This document shows, in pieces, positions 25,380-39,600 of a DNA stretch of 64,000 nt. This DNA comes from Paraspadella gotoi (taxonomy: Eukaryota; Animalia; Chaetognatha), in contig CM119271.1 in assembly GCA_051294375.1 (NCBI GenBank), positions 12,887,039 to 12,951,038 of the forward strand. The letters are read 5' to 3'. A program made the translations under genes and the position numbers. Below the pieces are notes generated by a model. It saw only the letters and a program-made list of their open reading frames with translations, was not told the DNA's origin and searched no databases. How positions within the stretch are numbered: the stretch's first letter is position 1; each line of letters opens with the position of its first letter.

Positions 25380-27047
25380 CAATCCGCGATCCCAACGGAA
25401 GCCTAAGGACGGTCGTAAACCGTCTCGGTGGCGTCCCACCAAGACTCGTTTCAAGACCAGGTCCCGTTCCATGGCTGAAGAAGTTCCGAACCCTCATTTT
25501 AAGCGCACTTAACGCCTATTGTAAAATTTGTTGTGAAACAATTAAAAAACTTTTACTATACATATCTCAAATTTTAAACGAATAAGAAATGGAAAAAAGA
25601 CCTAATATAAATGTATATAATTCGCGTTATTTTCGGTTGATTAGACCGAATTTAATTAGCAAATTGAATGAAGAGAAACGAAAAAATAAAAAAATATTTA
25701 ATTGAAATTAACTAGGAATAACTCATAATAGATACAAAAAAAAAAAGATTAAGAACTGGAATCGAGGACAAGAAAATAAGAAACCTATGTCTATAGCCCA
25801 CAGAGAAAGTGACCAAGAATTAGAGAAAATTCCGGCGAGCAAAATATTCCGAGATGCCACACACTATTCTCGTCGAGCAGAAAAATATTTGGGCTGATAA
25901 AGAGAGAGAGAGTGAGCCAGTAGAGAGCAGAGAGACAGAGAGTTATAGAGAGAGCAGAGAGAGAGTAGAGAGTATGACACTCCCACGAAGACGATGAAGC
26001 ACCCCACATAATAAAGGAAATGTTCCGAACACGAAACACCTGAATGGACCAAAGGAAAGAAAAATGTGAGGAACAGAAACGTGGTTTTCAGAACTTTGTT
26101 TTTCTGCGCTAATTAAAAAGAAATAGATTTTTTTTTTAAAAAATAAGTATGAAAGCGGTTTGAGTCCTGGCCATTAATATTTGTTTAAATAAGCGAGAAT
26201 GAGAGATATTGGAGCCTGAGGCCACGGGTGTGCAACAAAAAAAAATAAGACGGTAGCAGACGGGACATTTTAAAAACTAAAAATATGGTGCGATATGACA
26301 CGCGTGAATAAGAAAAATAAACAAGAAATCGTGAAATTTCATCCGAGTTTGAAAAACTTAGAATAATTGAGTAAGGATAGAAAACCAGTTAATAAAACAA
26401 CCAACAAAACAAAAGATACGTGAGTGTTCGATTACGTATATAAACGAAGAGAGTTTGAGGTGGCTGTCGAAAAACAATCATGACAGACACATGAGGAGTT
26501 GTCAAAAACTTAAAGACAATCCGGAGACTTTTCCAAGGCGGTATTCGACAAAATTTGTGGTCTGAAAAAACAACACAACAAAACAAAACAAAGACTCGCA
26601 CGAGCGCGGTGTCTGAAACAGATCGGGTCTTGATAATAGGCAGAGTGCGTAATGCGCCCCGGATGTTATCTCAAAAATGGCCGGCAGCAAAATAAAAGTA
26701 TTTAAACATTTGCATGAATAATTGATCTTAATTAAGGCATGAAACCCAGCGAGTCCTTTGGAGGGGACAAGCCGGTTGGAAAGACGCTATCAAAGAATGT
26801 GAACGATTTCAAATCGTCCGATCGTTAACAGATTGGAGACATGGTAGAGACATGGTACAACATGGTGAAGAGATTGGTAGAAACAGCGAGACAGAGTCAG
26901 TGACGAACAGAAGGAAAAAAGGAGACGAGGGGAAAAAATCAATCAACAACATAAAATCGGAGAACAAAAAAAAAAAAAGAAAATGGAAAAATTCGTGAGG
27001 AGAATGATGGAATAGAGAAATTAACGAAGTGGAAGAGAAGAAGAGAG

Positions 27048-27082
<35 letters not shown>

Positions 27083-27706
27083 TGAGAGAGAAGAGAGGAG
27101 AGAGAAGAGAGAGAGAGCGTCGTCAAAAACAGAGATGGTGTTTTAATGATTTCGTAGGAAATGGAGACCGAGTATGAATTTTGCAAAAGATGGTTAAGCC
27201 CGAATGGAATTTTTTAAACTATGTACTTTTACATACTGAGGTTGTATGTTTTGTAAATTCTAATAAATCGTCGGAAATAATAATAATAATACTGTTTGTA
27301 ATTGTAAACAAATTATCAATATCCTTTAGAAAAAAAAAAAAAATCGTGGTGAGAAATAAAGGATAAGCCCGTTGTGAGGGTAGAGACTGAGAAAGAGTGA
27401 GAGAACGCCCAAGAGAGAAAATTAAGAAATGGAGAAGACAAGAGACAGAGAGCAGAAAGAGAGAAACACGATAAAAAAAGTAACATTTTCTCCTTTTTTT
27501 TTACGATCCGAATGGAAAAAGAATTATGGTTTTTTCGATCCGCGCTCGACAATATGATCGCTTTGCATTGTCGTCACCTCATCCATTCAATCGGAAAGAC
27601 ACGGCGTGCGGACCGGCCATGATTCTCTTCACATTTCGAGACGTAGCGCATTATAAGAAATCACGGAAAGAATAAAAAGTCGAGAAAATGAGATCTTTTT
27701 TTTTTT

Positions 27707-27738
<32 letters not shown>

Positions 27739-27821
27739 TATTTTTTTTGTTTTTTTTATTTTTTTTTTTTTTTTAATTATTTTTTTCTTTTTTTTTTTTA
27801 TTTTTTTGATCTTTTTTTTAT

Positions 27822-27893
<72 letters not shown>

Positions 27894-29954
27894 TTTTTAT
27901 TTTTTTTATGTATATTTATTTTTTTTTTTTTCTTTTTACCTCTTTATTTTTTTTTTTTTTTTTATTTTTACCTATTTATTTTTTATTTTTTTTTTTTTTT
28001 TTTTTTTTTTTATTTTCTTTTTTCTTTTTTTTTTTATTCTTATATTCTTTTTTTTTTTTTGTTTATTTTTTGTGTATTGTATGGTAATTATATGTTAGTA
28101 TTTTATGTATGTATTTTTGAAATAAAATAAAATCCGCTTCCGTCGTCGTCTTCTTCCTCCGCTATCCTCGTCGGCTCGGAATGACTCGTGAACAGCGAAA
28201 TTGGGGTCGTGTGTTTTTTTCGAGTGGTGTCAACAGCTTGTCCCACAAGGAAAATTGGGCAAAAAGCGTTGAGCAGTAGGACATTGGTTGTGGGTTCAGG
28301 TAATTGGAGAATAGCGAATTACAGATAAATTTTTAGAAAAAAAGTAACGGGTTTTATTTTTTTTTTATTTTTCGGGGAGTCAAATATTTCCCTTTTTCAA
28401 TATAAGGCCCTCGCGTCGATCAGTATTGGTTTTTCTCCATATGGCACACAATGATCAGACGCGTTACTGTATGCACTATTTTAAGTTTTTCAAAAATATC
28501 GGTACAACAATAGTTTTAATTCATATAAAATGAATATAGGAACAAACATATAATTGGATATGAGTAAATTTTAACTTTGAAAAATTACTTTGGGTAAAAT
28601 TTCCTTAATAAACTTTTTAAATTTTCAGTTTTTAAAATTTAGTTTAATTTAGTCTGATAAAGTAAAGCTTAGTAATCTTGAAATTTTTTACAGCTTATTC
28701 GCAACCAATGATTGCAATATTCACAATTTATAACCAGGATAAATCAATCAGTCAATCCTTACAGCGAAAAAAAAAACTCAAATTTATGCCCGAATAGAAA
28801 AAAAAAAATCCCAACACGTTAAAAAAGAAAAAAAAACTTCCAAACAAAGAAAAAACAAGTAATAAATATTTCCCCCTTTTTTAAAAAAAAAAAAGAAAAA
28901 TAAGAAGATTATATGAGATTTGTTTTGGCCCTCATAAGATCCACAAATGTTAATAAATATCTCACAAAGATGGCGTAAGTTCTCATAAACATTCTCACTA
29001 CGTCCCCTTTCAAACTTTGACCGGGCGAGCCTTGAAATCTGGTTCAGGCAGACATTGAAAAAATTGGATGATATTTAGATTAGATTTAAATTAGATTACA
29101 AATTGGATTAGATTTTAGATTAGATTTAGATTTTCCTTTCCCTTTTCCCTTTTCCTTTCCTTTTTTTTTCTTTTCTTTTCTTTTCTGTTTCTGTTTCTTT
29201 CTTTCCTTTCCTTCCTTTCTTATCCTTTCCTTTCCTTTCCTTTTACTTTTCCTTTCCTTTACTTTCCTTTCCTTATTCCTTATTCCTTTCCTTTCCTTTA
29301 AATTTTTTTCTCTTCTCATCAATTTTTAAAACGGTAAAAACCAGTTTAAAAGCCAGCGAAAAACATTAGGCGGATGATGATGATGATATGATGATGATAG
29401 ATGAGTGAATGAAGATACGACAACGACAACGACGACGATGAGTTACGCTCCACCTGGTACCAGAAGACTATTCGGACTATTCAGACTATTTCGGATATTC
29501 GGAATAATTGATTACCATTCAAGGATTAAGTATTGATATTCTCCCTTTAACTAAAGTTTTATTATTTATAAAATAAAACGTTTTTTTTTTTTTTTTTTTT
29601 GGAAAAAAAATAGCTAAAAAAGTTATTTTAAAACTTTCCATATCCAAAAGAAATTCCATATTCTTACTTGGTAACACTTTTACTTTACAGTTGTAATGCC
29701 TACGGTACAGCGAGAAATGTTTAAATGGTAACTCCTATTGTTTGCTATTCATTGGTCCCCATCCGTCCATTTATATATAAAGCTTAAGGTCTGCGCGTTA
29801 TAACCATAACGACGAGACGACGACACGACGACGACGACGACGAACGATTTGGGAGAGAGACGCGAAACGGAGAAAAAAAAAACCTTTGGCGTTTACCGCG
29901 TGAAAAATGGAACAAAGTGAAAATTTCACTTTTTTATTCTTGACACGAGACACG

Positions 29955-30226
29955 ACGAGCGGTGAGGCGGTGAGAGGTGATGGTGAGCGGTGAGTGGTGA
30001 GAGGTGAGCCCTGAGAGGTTGAGCGGTGAGTGGTGAAGCGGTGATTGTGAGGTCGGTTAGAGGTGAGCGGTGAGAGATGTGAGCGGTGAGAGGTGAAGTG
30101 GTGATGGGTGAGCCCGGTGAGCGGTGAGCATTGAAGCGGTTGAGCGGTGAGCGTTGAAGCGGTGAGCGGTGAGCGTTGAGACGGTGAAGCGGTGAGGAGG
30201 TGAGTTGGTGAACGTGAGCGGTGAGG
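29955..30226. repeat. (GAGCGGT)n heptamer repeat
   Basis: Tandem GGTGAGC variants; the mirror copy flanks the N gap at 36145-36460. Confidence 0.75.
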
Positions 30227-30977
30227 GGTAAAAAAAGGGGGCAGGAGAAAAGAGGAAGGTAAGGGAGGAAGGAGCGAGGTGAGTTCGAAGAAAGAAATGG
30301 TGAACGAAATGGTGAGTTCGAAGAAGAATGGTAAAAAGTTAGACCATCAAAAAGAGCACTCCGGGCGTGACTAAAAAAAATTGCGGATGTGAAAATAATG
30401 AGCGAGAAAAAGAGAGGGAAACTCTAAAAAAGCGAGACAGTGATTGGAAATGGTGATTTTGTGATTGGGAGGGTGGATGAGTGAGTTTTAAAAAATAAAT
30501 AAATATATTGCGTTAAAAATCGCCTCGCGCGCAGCTCCGAAGAAATCCATTATCAAAATTAGCAGTTTGTCGAAGGTTTAAGTACTTTTAGCAAAAACTG
30601 GTTTCATACGTAAATTTAATGTACCGGATGTTAAGTAATGAATTCGTACTTTTGCCGAGTAAAGATTTTATTCGGATATAATTTTAATTTGTCTTAATTC
30701 ATTGAAATATTTATGTTTTACTCTAAACTCATTCTTTTATTTTTCTTCGATCCGAGAGAAAACAGGGTTGAGCTATGAAGCTATGAGGCTAATGAAGGCT
30801 ATGAGCATACTTTTAGCTATGAGCTAGATGCTATGAAGCATACTTTAGCTATGAGCATACTTTTGCGCTGATTATAATCGTTACTTTATACTTCATTGTA
30901 ATACGAATGATTTCCGAAAGGGAAAAAAATTGGTGTTTCAGCATTTCTGTGTTTATACATATCAATTATCAATATGA

Positions 30978-31020
30978 TCTCTTTCGGAGGCGTGGGTTCG
31001 AATCCCATCCGCTGCCACCA
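30978..31020 (+). pseudogene. tRNA-Leu 3'-half fragment (noisy mirror copy)
   Basis: TCTCTTTCGGAGGCGTGGGTTCGAATCCCATCCGCTGCCACCA; reverse-complement duplicate of 34933-34973. Confidence 0.6.
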
Positions 31021-33292
31021 AACGAAGGAAGTGGGCGTTGGTTTATTAAGTGAGAATAGGAGAGTTTTATTGACATAAGAACACTTTGGGAATGATGATA
31101 ATTAACATAAACAAAATATGTAGATTATTGCAGAGAAATGGCAAGGCAATAAACAATATAACAAAAGTCCATAAGGAGTTTGAATGTTTGTTTCTTGAAG
31201 GTAAGTTGAAGAGTGATTCAGTTCCCTCTCTCGTTCTCTGCCGTCGGTTTCCTGAAGGGAAGCCTCCTCCTCTGATTGGTCATAATCAGAAGGAAAAGAC
31301 GGAGAAGCCCAAGAGAGACAAGCCCACTTGATAATCCAATTCTCTGCGTTGATAATATTTAGTTTAGTTTGATATAATCCTATTCTGTAGTGTGCGAAGG
31401 GAAAAAAGAATAATAATTAACAGCCAATTGAAAAGAATGTACATTCCGACGGAAATTTTGAAAAAACTTTTTTAAAAAAGTAAGTTTTCGAAAAGTGAAA
31501 AAAACATATAAACTTAATATGTATAAACTCCAAACTATCATGTTTTAACATTCCAACTTTTTTGTCACATTTTTTTTTTTCAATTCTTTAACGATTTTCC
31601 TAACAAAATTTTCCCTAATTATCGTAATTTTTCCTCAAAATGAACGATCATGATGCGCAATGACCCGCGTCAAATTAATGATCGACGACGCAGCCTCGCC
31701 GCAGCACAACGCAGCACAGGCCCGGCGCAGCCCCCGATCAAGCCGCGAAGCGCACCACGCAGCACCGCGCAGCGCAGTCCACGACTAACGGTGTCAGTAA
31801 ATCGTTTTTTCTGTATGTGTTGCGTCTTGCGCTGCTTCGTAATCCGCGAACCGACCGACCAGGTGCCCAACATTCTCTCCGTCTGCCCACAAATAATAGG
31901 AGAAAATTGCATTAGTGATGAGCGTGCTGAGCCTTTTGAGGACAGGCTGCCAACTCCCAAGGTGCACCGAACGTCGCGGGCAGCGGAGCGTGGAGACAGT
32001 GCCGGGATGCGCAGGTGGAAAGGGTTGGGAAATCAGAGGCCGGGATGCGCGTTGAACTCAAGAATGGAAGCACTGCGTCCGGATGTCAGAGAGGCCAGGG
32101 TGCTGGAAGCTGAAATGCGGCTTGACCAAGGCGACCGCGAGTGCGCTAAAAATCGATTGAATGTCAGTAAGGCATAGTGCAAATGGCGCACACGGGTTCC
32201 GCAGCGACAGAAGTGCGGTAAGCGAAACTGTGCGGCCGGCAGCATAAGCGACGGTGCTAAGCGCCTCAGCCCCATTCGTAGGAAGCTTGTTTAAGCGAAC
32301 CTGCGCGCGCGGGGCCGTAGAAAGGTGCTAAACGTCTTGGGGGGTGGCACAAGCAGTCTCAGCCCTTTTGTAGAAGGTGCCAAGCGCCTCAGCCCTTCGT
32401 AGACGCGTGTAAGCGACCTGCGCGGCCGGCGGTAGGACAAGTGCCTAAGCTCGTCTTGGCCTCCTTCGATAGAACGTCACCAAGTGACTCGGAGCCGGTG
32501 CAGGCGACGGTGACAAGCGTCTCGGCCCCTTCTGTAGAAGGTGCCAAGCGTCTCAGCCCCTTCGTAGAAGGTCGCCAAGCGTACTCGGCCCCTTTGTAGA
32601 GACGGTGCCACCAGCGGACTCAGCGCCGCGAAATCGACGCCCGGACCGAACGTGAAAATCATTTCCGACAGGCCGTCTCCCACGAACTCGAAAATTGAAA
32701 GGATTTAACATCTTTGATGAAGAAGAGAGAGAGGAGAGAGAGGACGACGGAGGGAGACGAGAGAGCGGAGAGAGTATGACGAGAGAGACTTTCAGAGAGC
32801 GGGAGCTGAGATGAGAGAGAGAGTAGAGAGAGCGAGGAGAGAGAGAAGGGGGGCAAAGTAACGGGGAGACAAAGTTATGGTACGCAGAGGGGAAGGTAAG
32901 AACGGGTAGAGCGCTGGAGAGAGAAGAACGAGAGACGAGAGAGAGAGGAGAGAGAGAACGCAAAGGGCGCGAAGTCCGAAAAAGTTGTTAGATAGGGAAG
33001 GATATGTTTTTTAAGGTTGTNNNNNNNNNNNNNNNNNNNNNNNNNTGATGAAGAAGGCACGAGAGAGGAGAGAGCAGGACGACGGAGGGAGACGAGACGG
33101 CTGGAGAGAGTATGGACCAGGAGACTGAGAACTCTTCGAGAGAGCGGGAGCTTGCAGATGAGAGAGAGAGAGAGAGACAGAAGGAGAAGGAGGGCGCAAA
33201 AAGTAACCGCGGGAACAAGAGTTTAGACCGCAGAGGGGAAGGTAAGAACGGGTAGAGCGCTGGAGAGAGAAAGAACGACGAGACGCAGAGAC

Positions 33293-33324
<32 letters not shown>

Positions 33325-33469
33325 TCGACCGAGAGAGATCGAGAGAGCAGAGAGAGACGACGAGCAGAGTGAGAGCACGATAATAAAAAATCTCTCTCTT
33401 GTTCTCATCAAGATGTTAATCCTTCAATTTCGATTCGACGCCGTCGGAAATGATTTTCGGGCGTCGATT

Positions 33470-33845
33470 TCCGGCGCTGAGTCGCTTGGCACCTTCTACA
33501 AAGGGGCCGAGACGCTTGGCACCTTCTACGAAGGGGCTGAGACGCTTGGCACCTTCTACAAAGGGGCCGAGACGCTTGTCACCTCGCTGCACCGGCTCCG
33601 AGTCACTTGGTACGATCTATGAAGAGGCCAAGACGCTTAGCACTTTCCTACCCCGGCGCCATGTCGCTTACCACCTTCTACGAAGGGGCTGAGGCGCTTG
33701 GCACCTTCTACAAAAGGGCTGAGACGCTTGTCACCACGCCAAGACGCTTAGCACCTTTCTACCCCGGCGCCAGGTCGCTTACCACCTTCTACGAAATGGC
33801 TGAGGCGCTTAGCACCTCGCTGCTCCGGCCGCCAGTTCGCTTACC
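33470..33845. repeat. 30-bp GC-rich minisatellite (~12 units; noisy mirror at ~32210-32630)
   Basis: Unit GAGACGCTTGGCACCTTCTACGAAGGGGCT; the minus frame reads LSPFVEGAKR, plus frames read ETLGTFYEGA or RRLAPSTKGL. Confidence 0.8.
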
Positions 33846-34932
33846 CACTTCTTCGCCGGAACCCGTGGGCCCTTTAGCACTATGCCATACTGACATTCTA
33901 TCGATTTTTAGCACTGCGGTCCCTTGGCACCGCATTCAGCTTCCAGCACCCTGGCCTCTCTTAGCCATCTTCTACAGGCATCCCGGCCTCTATTTCCCAC
34001 TTTCCACCTGCGCATCCCGGCATCTGTCTCCACCTCCGCGCCCCGACGTTCCGTGCACCTGTTGGCACCTCCTCAAAAGGCTCAGCACCTCATCACTATC
34101 ATTTTCTTTTTTTTGGCGACGAGAGAATGTTGGCACCTGGTCGGTCGGTCGCGAGAGAGAGAGAAAAAAAAAACGATTACTGAACCGTTAGTCGTGACTG
34201 CGCTGCGTCGGTGCTGCGTCGGTGCGGCTTCGCGGCTGAGTCGGGGCTGCGCCGGCCTGTGCTGCGTTGTGCTGCGGCGAGGCTGCGTCGATCATTAATT
34301 TGACGCGGGTCATTGCGCATCATGATCGTTCATTTGAGAAAATTACGAGGTAATAGGAAAATTTTGTAGGAAAATCGTTAAAAGAATGAAAAAAAAAATG
34401 TGACAAAAAAGTTTGGAAATGTAAAAACATGATAGTTTGGAGTTTATACATATTAAGTTTTATGTTTTTTCACTTTTCGAAAACTGACCTTTTAAAAGTT
34501 TTTTCAAAATTTCGTCGGAATGTACATTTTTTCAAGGCTGTTAATTTATTCTTTTTTTCCCTTCGACACTACAGAATAAGGATATAATCAAAATCAAACA
34601 AAATAAATATATCAACGCAGAGAATGGATTATCAAGTGGCTTGTCTCTCTTGGCTTCTCCGTCTTTTCTTCTGATTGACCAATCAGAGAGGAGGCTTCCC
34701 TCAGGAAACCGACGGCAGAGAAACGAGAGAGAGGAACTAATCACTCTTCAACTTACCTTCAAGAAACAAACATCAAACTCCTTATGGACTATTTGTTATA
34801 TTGTTTATTGCCTGCCTTTCTCTGCATAATCTACATATTTTGTATGTTAATTATCATCATCCCAAAGTGTTCTTATGTCAATAAAACTCCTCCTATTTCT
34901 CACTTAATAAACCACGCCCACTTCCTTCGTTG

Positions 34933-34973
34933 TGGTGGCAGCGGTGGGATTCGAACCCACGCCTCCGAAGAGA
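34933..34973 (-). pseudogene. 5'-truncated tRNA-Leu fragment ending in CCA
   Basis: Minus strand TCTCTTCGGAGGCGTGGGTTCGAATCCCACCGCTGCCA-CCA equals the variable arm, T arm and acceptor 3' strand of animal tRNA-Leu (AAG/TAG type) plus CCA; no D arm or anticodon upstream. Re-duplicated at 35288-35325 across a 25-N gap. Confidence 0.75.
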
Positions 34974-35082
34974 TATATTGATATATTGATATGTATAAAC
35001 ACAGAAATGCTGAACAATTTTTTTTTCCTTCGGAATCATTCGTTATTACAATGAAGTATAAAGTAACGATTATATCAGCGCA

Positions 35083-35170
35083 AAAGTATGCTCATAGCTA
35101 AAGTATGCTCATAGCTCATAGCTCATAGCTAAAAGTATGCTCATAGCTCATAGCTCATAGCTCATAGCTC
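35083..35170. repeat. (CTCATAG)n compound microsatellite
   Basis: GCTCATA tandems interspersed with AAAAGTAT; repeated at 35437-35525 and mirrored at 30770-30865. Confidence 0.7.
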
Positions 35171-36570
35171 AACCTGTTTTCTCTCGGATCGAGAAAATAA
35201 AAGAATGAGTTTAGAGTAAAACAATAAATATTTCAATGAATTAAACAAATTAAAATTATATCNNNNNNNNNNNNNNNNNNNNNNNNNTGGCAGCGGTGGG
35301 ATTCGAACCCACGCCTCCGAAGAGATATATTGATATATTGATATGTATAAACACAGAAATGCTGAACCAATTTTTTTTTCCTTCGGAATCATTCGTTATT
35401 ACAATGAAGTATAAAGGTAACGATTATATCAGCGCAAAAGTATGCTCATAGCTAAAAGTATGCTCATAGCTCATAGCTCATAGCTAAAAGTATGCTCATA
35501 GCTCATAGCTCATAGCTCATAGCTCAACCCTGTTTTCTCTCGGATCGAGAAAATAAAAGAATGAGTTTAGAGTAAAACAATAAATATTTCAATGAATTAA
35601 GACAAATTAAAATTATATCCGAAGAAAATCTACTCGGCAAAAGTACGAATTCATTACTTAACATCCGGGTACATTAAATTCTACCGTATGAAACCAGTTT
35701 TTGCTAAAAGTACTAAACNNNNNNNNNNNNNNNNNNNNNNNNNNNNNNNNNNNNNNNNNNNNNNNNNNNNNNNNNNNNNNNNNNNNNNNNNNNNNNNNNN
35801 NNNNNNNNNNNNNNNNNNNNNNNNNNNNNNNNNNNNNNNNNNNNNNNNNNNNNNNNNNNNNNNNNNNNNNNNNNNNNNNNNNNNNNNNNNNNNNNNNNNA
35901 TCCACCCTCCCAATCACCAAAATCACCATTTCAATCACTGTCTCGCTTTTTTAGAGTTTCCTCTCTTTCTCGCTCATTATTTTCACATCCGCAATTTTTT
36001 TAGTCACGCCGCGAGTGCTCTTTTTGATGTCTAACTTTTTACCATTCTTTCTTCGAACTCACCATTCGTTCACCATTCTTTCTTCGAACTCACCTCGCTC
36101 CTTCCTCCCTTACCTTCCTCTTTTCTCCTGCCCCCTTTTTTACCCTCACCGCTCACCGTTCACCACTCACCTCTCACCGNNNNNNNNNNNNNNNNNNNNN
36201 NNNNNNNNNNNNNNNNNNNNNNNNNNNNNNNNNNNNNNNNNNNNNNNNNNNNNNNNNNNNNNNNNNNNNNNNNNNNNNNNNNNNNNNNNNNNNNNNNNNN
36301 NNNNNNNNNNNNNNNNNNNNNNNNNNNNNNNNNNNNNNNNNNNNNNNNNNNNNNNNNNNNNNNNNNNNNNNNNNNNNNNNNNNNNNNNNNNNNNNNNNNN
36401 NNNNNNNNNNNNNNNNNNNNNNNNNNNNNNNNNNNNNCACCTCTCACCGCTCACCGCTCGTCGTGTCTCGTGTCAAGAATAAAAAAGTGAAATTTTCACT
36501 TTGATTCCATTTTTCACGCGGAAACGCCAAAGGTTTTTTTTTTCTCCGTTTCGCGTCTCTCCTCCCAACA

Positions 36571-36622
<52 letters not shown>

Positions 36623-39600
36623 TATGGTTTATACGCCGCAGACCTTTAGCTTTATATATAAATGGACGGATGGGACCAATGAATAGCAAACAATAGGAGT
36701 TAACCATTAATCATTCTCGCTGTACGTAGCATTAACTGTAAAGTAAAAGTGTTACCCAAGTAAGATATGAATTCTTTGATATGAAAGTTTTAAAATAACT
36801 TTTTTACCTATTTTTTTTCCCAAAAAAAAAATAAATAAAAAAAATACGGTTTTATTTATAAATAATAAACTTTAGTGAAAGGGAGAATATCAATACTTAA
36901 TCCTTGAATGGTATCAATTATTCCGAAACTATCCCGAAATAGTCTCTGGTACCAGGTGGAGCGTAACTCATCGTCGTCGTTGTCGTTGTCGTCATCCTCA
37001 TCATCATCATCATCATCATCATCATTGCCCAATGTTTCGCTTGCTTTTAAACTGGTTTTACCCGTTTAAAAAAATTGAGAGAAGAGAAAAAATTTAAAGG
37101 AAAGGAAAGGAAAGGAAAGGAAAGGAAAGGAAAGAGGAATAGGCAAAGAGGCAAGAGGAATGAGGATAGCGAGAAGGAATGGAAAAGGAGGAACAGAAAA
37201 GAGAGGGAAAGGAAAAGGGAAGAGGTTGTAAAAATGTCGTATAGAGTAAGAACTAAAAAGTCGTAATCAAAGATTGTAATCTATATCTAAAATCTGAGAT
37301 CTAAAGATCGTATGGAGCAGATATGGTAGTGAGGAGTTAAGTGCAAGAAGTGGGTCGCAGTGAGAACCAGAAAAGAAAACAATTCGATAGACCATGGGCT
37401 CATCTGCCCCGTGTCAAAGAGTATGAAAAAGGGAATCGTAGTGGAGGATAGTGTTGATGAGAACCCTACAGGGCGCGATAATCCGCTCTTATGTGAATGC
37501 AATGTAGTTCTGAACACTAAGATAACAATTTGGATGGAGATCTTTATGAGGCCCAAAACACACAAACAAAATACAGTGCACAAAATAAAACCAGATACCA
37601 TTATTGTAGTCAGATCTTTTTTTTTATTTATACTTAAATAACGTCATGCAGTCGGTACAATCATCTTCTTTATTAACTTTGTTTCTTCTCCTCCCTGTTT
37701 GGCGCAGTCCTTTTTTTGTTGTAGTTTCATCCTATGTTTGATAGAAATATCTAAATTAGTGTGTTTTATTGTTGTCATGGAGTTGTTTTTTTGCGTTGTG
37801 TGAAGCATCTCTGCGCACTCATAATACAACCTACGCGTAGTGCTTCGAATAAAATTTGAGTTTAAGTCACACTAATTCTTTACATATCATTCGCCTGTAA
37901 GAAGGAATTTCAGGGTACGCCGTTATGCATGATTGTCCGCATTTAATCAGACCAATGCAGGTTCTCTGGTCAAAATTGGTTACAGGTTTTGGAGAACATA
38001 CAACGCCAATTCATTGGTAATTGCGCAATGTATGACAATATCAGACATGGCAGACGTACACCCGACAGACATGGACTGAAAAAATCTAGATCCAATGCGA
38101 ATTACATTTACTTAATGTGTAACCATTTCTTATACCGACTGGCTATTTAATCAAATTAGACTAAATACTTTCTGACAAAAATCCACTCTTTAAATTTTTA
38201 CAAAACGTCAGCATATAATAAAAGACCGGTTCTCAGGTCATAAGAAAGTTGCTCTACCAGGAACCAGGGCTTCCAGTCGAGAATTGTTCATAATTTATAG
38301 TCCCATACCAAGGCTGCTCTCACATTTTGGACTCTGTAGAGATCATGGGGTATGCCGGTTTGGATTAAATCCCTCAGGTTCGATGTGGCTGAGCAAGTCA
38401 CCTTAAATATGATTAACCTATTGGTGGATCAACGGAGATCGTACTCGATATATTCGATTTTCGTCGAAAGCTAACGGCAGATATAAAATTAGCTTAACGG
38501 TGAAATTTATTTCAAGACCCGGAAATATTGAGCGTATTCATAAACAATACTATACAATGAAATATTTGACATCCCCTCCGAAAATATATATAGCGGATCA
38601 GCTTCCTGTTCGTGTTTTTTCAAAACTTCGAATTGCCCGCACAGTCTTGTAATTGATACAATCGGTATTCTCAGAGTCTCTATCGCCCCTGCAGTTTCCT
38701 TTTCCGAATTCTCCCGTTCTTATTTCAAAATAAAAAAACAAAAAAGAAGAAAAAACACACACTCACATTCTCTAATGTAATACGGTAATGATCATAATGT
38801 ATTCGTTGTTTGTGAGCGGGCATTTACTATATTTTGTAATTTAGCGCGGTTGACGAGGAGATATTATATATAGAATTGTTCTGAGTAATTTAATTAAATC
38901 CTATGAAGTCGGAATATATACTGTAAGAGATAATTTTATTATAGTGGAGACATGGACCAGTCATCCCCTCTGTGGTGACTGGTAGATCTCTAGTTAAAGG
39001 ATCCATAGAGACAAAATAGGTTAGTGAAAAGGGTGGTGCGGGAAAGGTGAGTTTGAAACTTTTATGTGCGATGTGCGGATCGACCATAAATTTTGTTAGA
39101 AACCAAGTACAGAATATCTGACTATCTAATTCTTCACACAAATTCGATCAGTAACCAAAGGAGAGCTTCATAGAAGGTAGAGAAACACCATTACTAGACT
39201 ATCATTCTTTGATCTGAGTCTGTCGGTCCCTCTCGTTTCTCTCTGTGGTGTACTCTCGGACCTTAATACTCACAGACTCGATACATTGCTGGCTTGTCTT
39301 GACCTTTTAACGATCTTTCTCTCCTTCTCGCGTATCCTTCGATGCGATACGAAATACTAGTCACGGGTTGGCGCGAGCTCTAAGAGGAGACTCCGAATGT
39401 TGCCAAAAGGCATACGATATCACCGCATTATATATATTGTTAGACCCCAGAGCCTGTCATCTTCAGAGAGTACTCGTACAAAAACTCCCTTCAGGAAGGT
39501 ATTCATATACAACTGGCAGATCTTGTTCTTATTTAACCGCTTTATAGATCTGTTTGTTTTTTTGCTCTATTATAGAAAAATATAATGTAAATACACATTT

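Noticed and set aside
27690-28090. Poly-Phe ORFs
   Set aside because: Inflated poly-T tract corresponding to the poly-A beside the 45944 gap.
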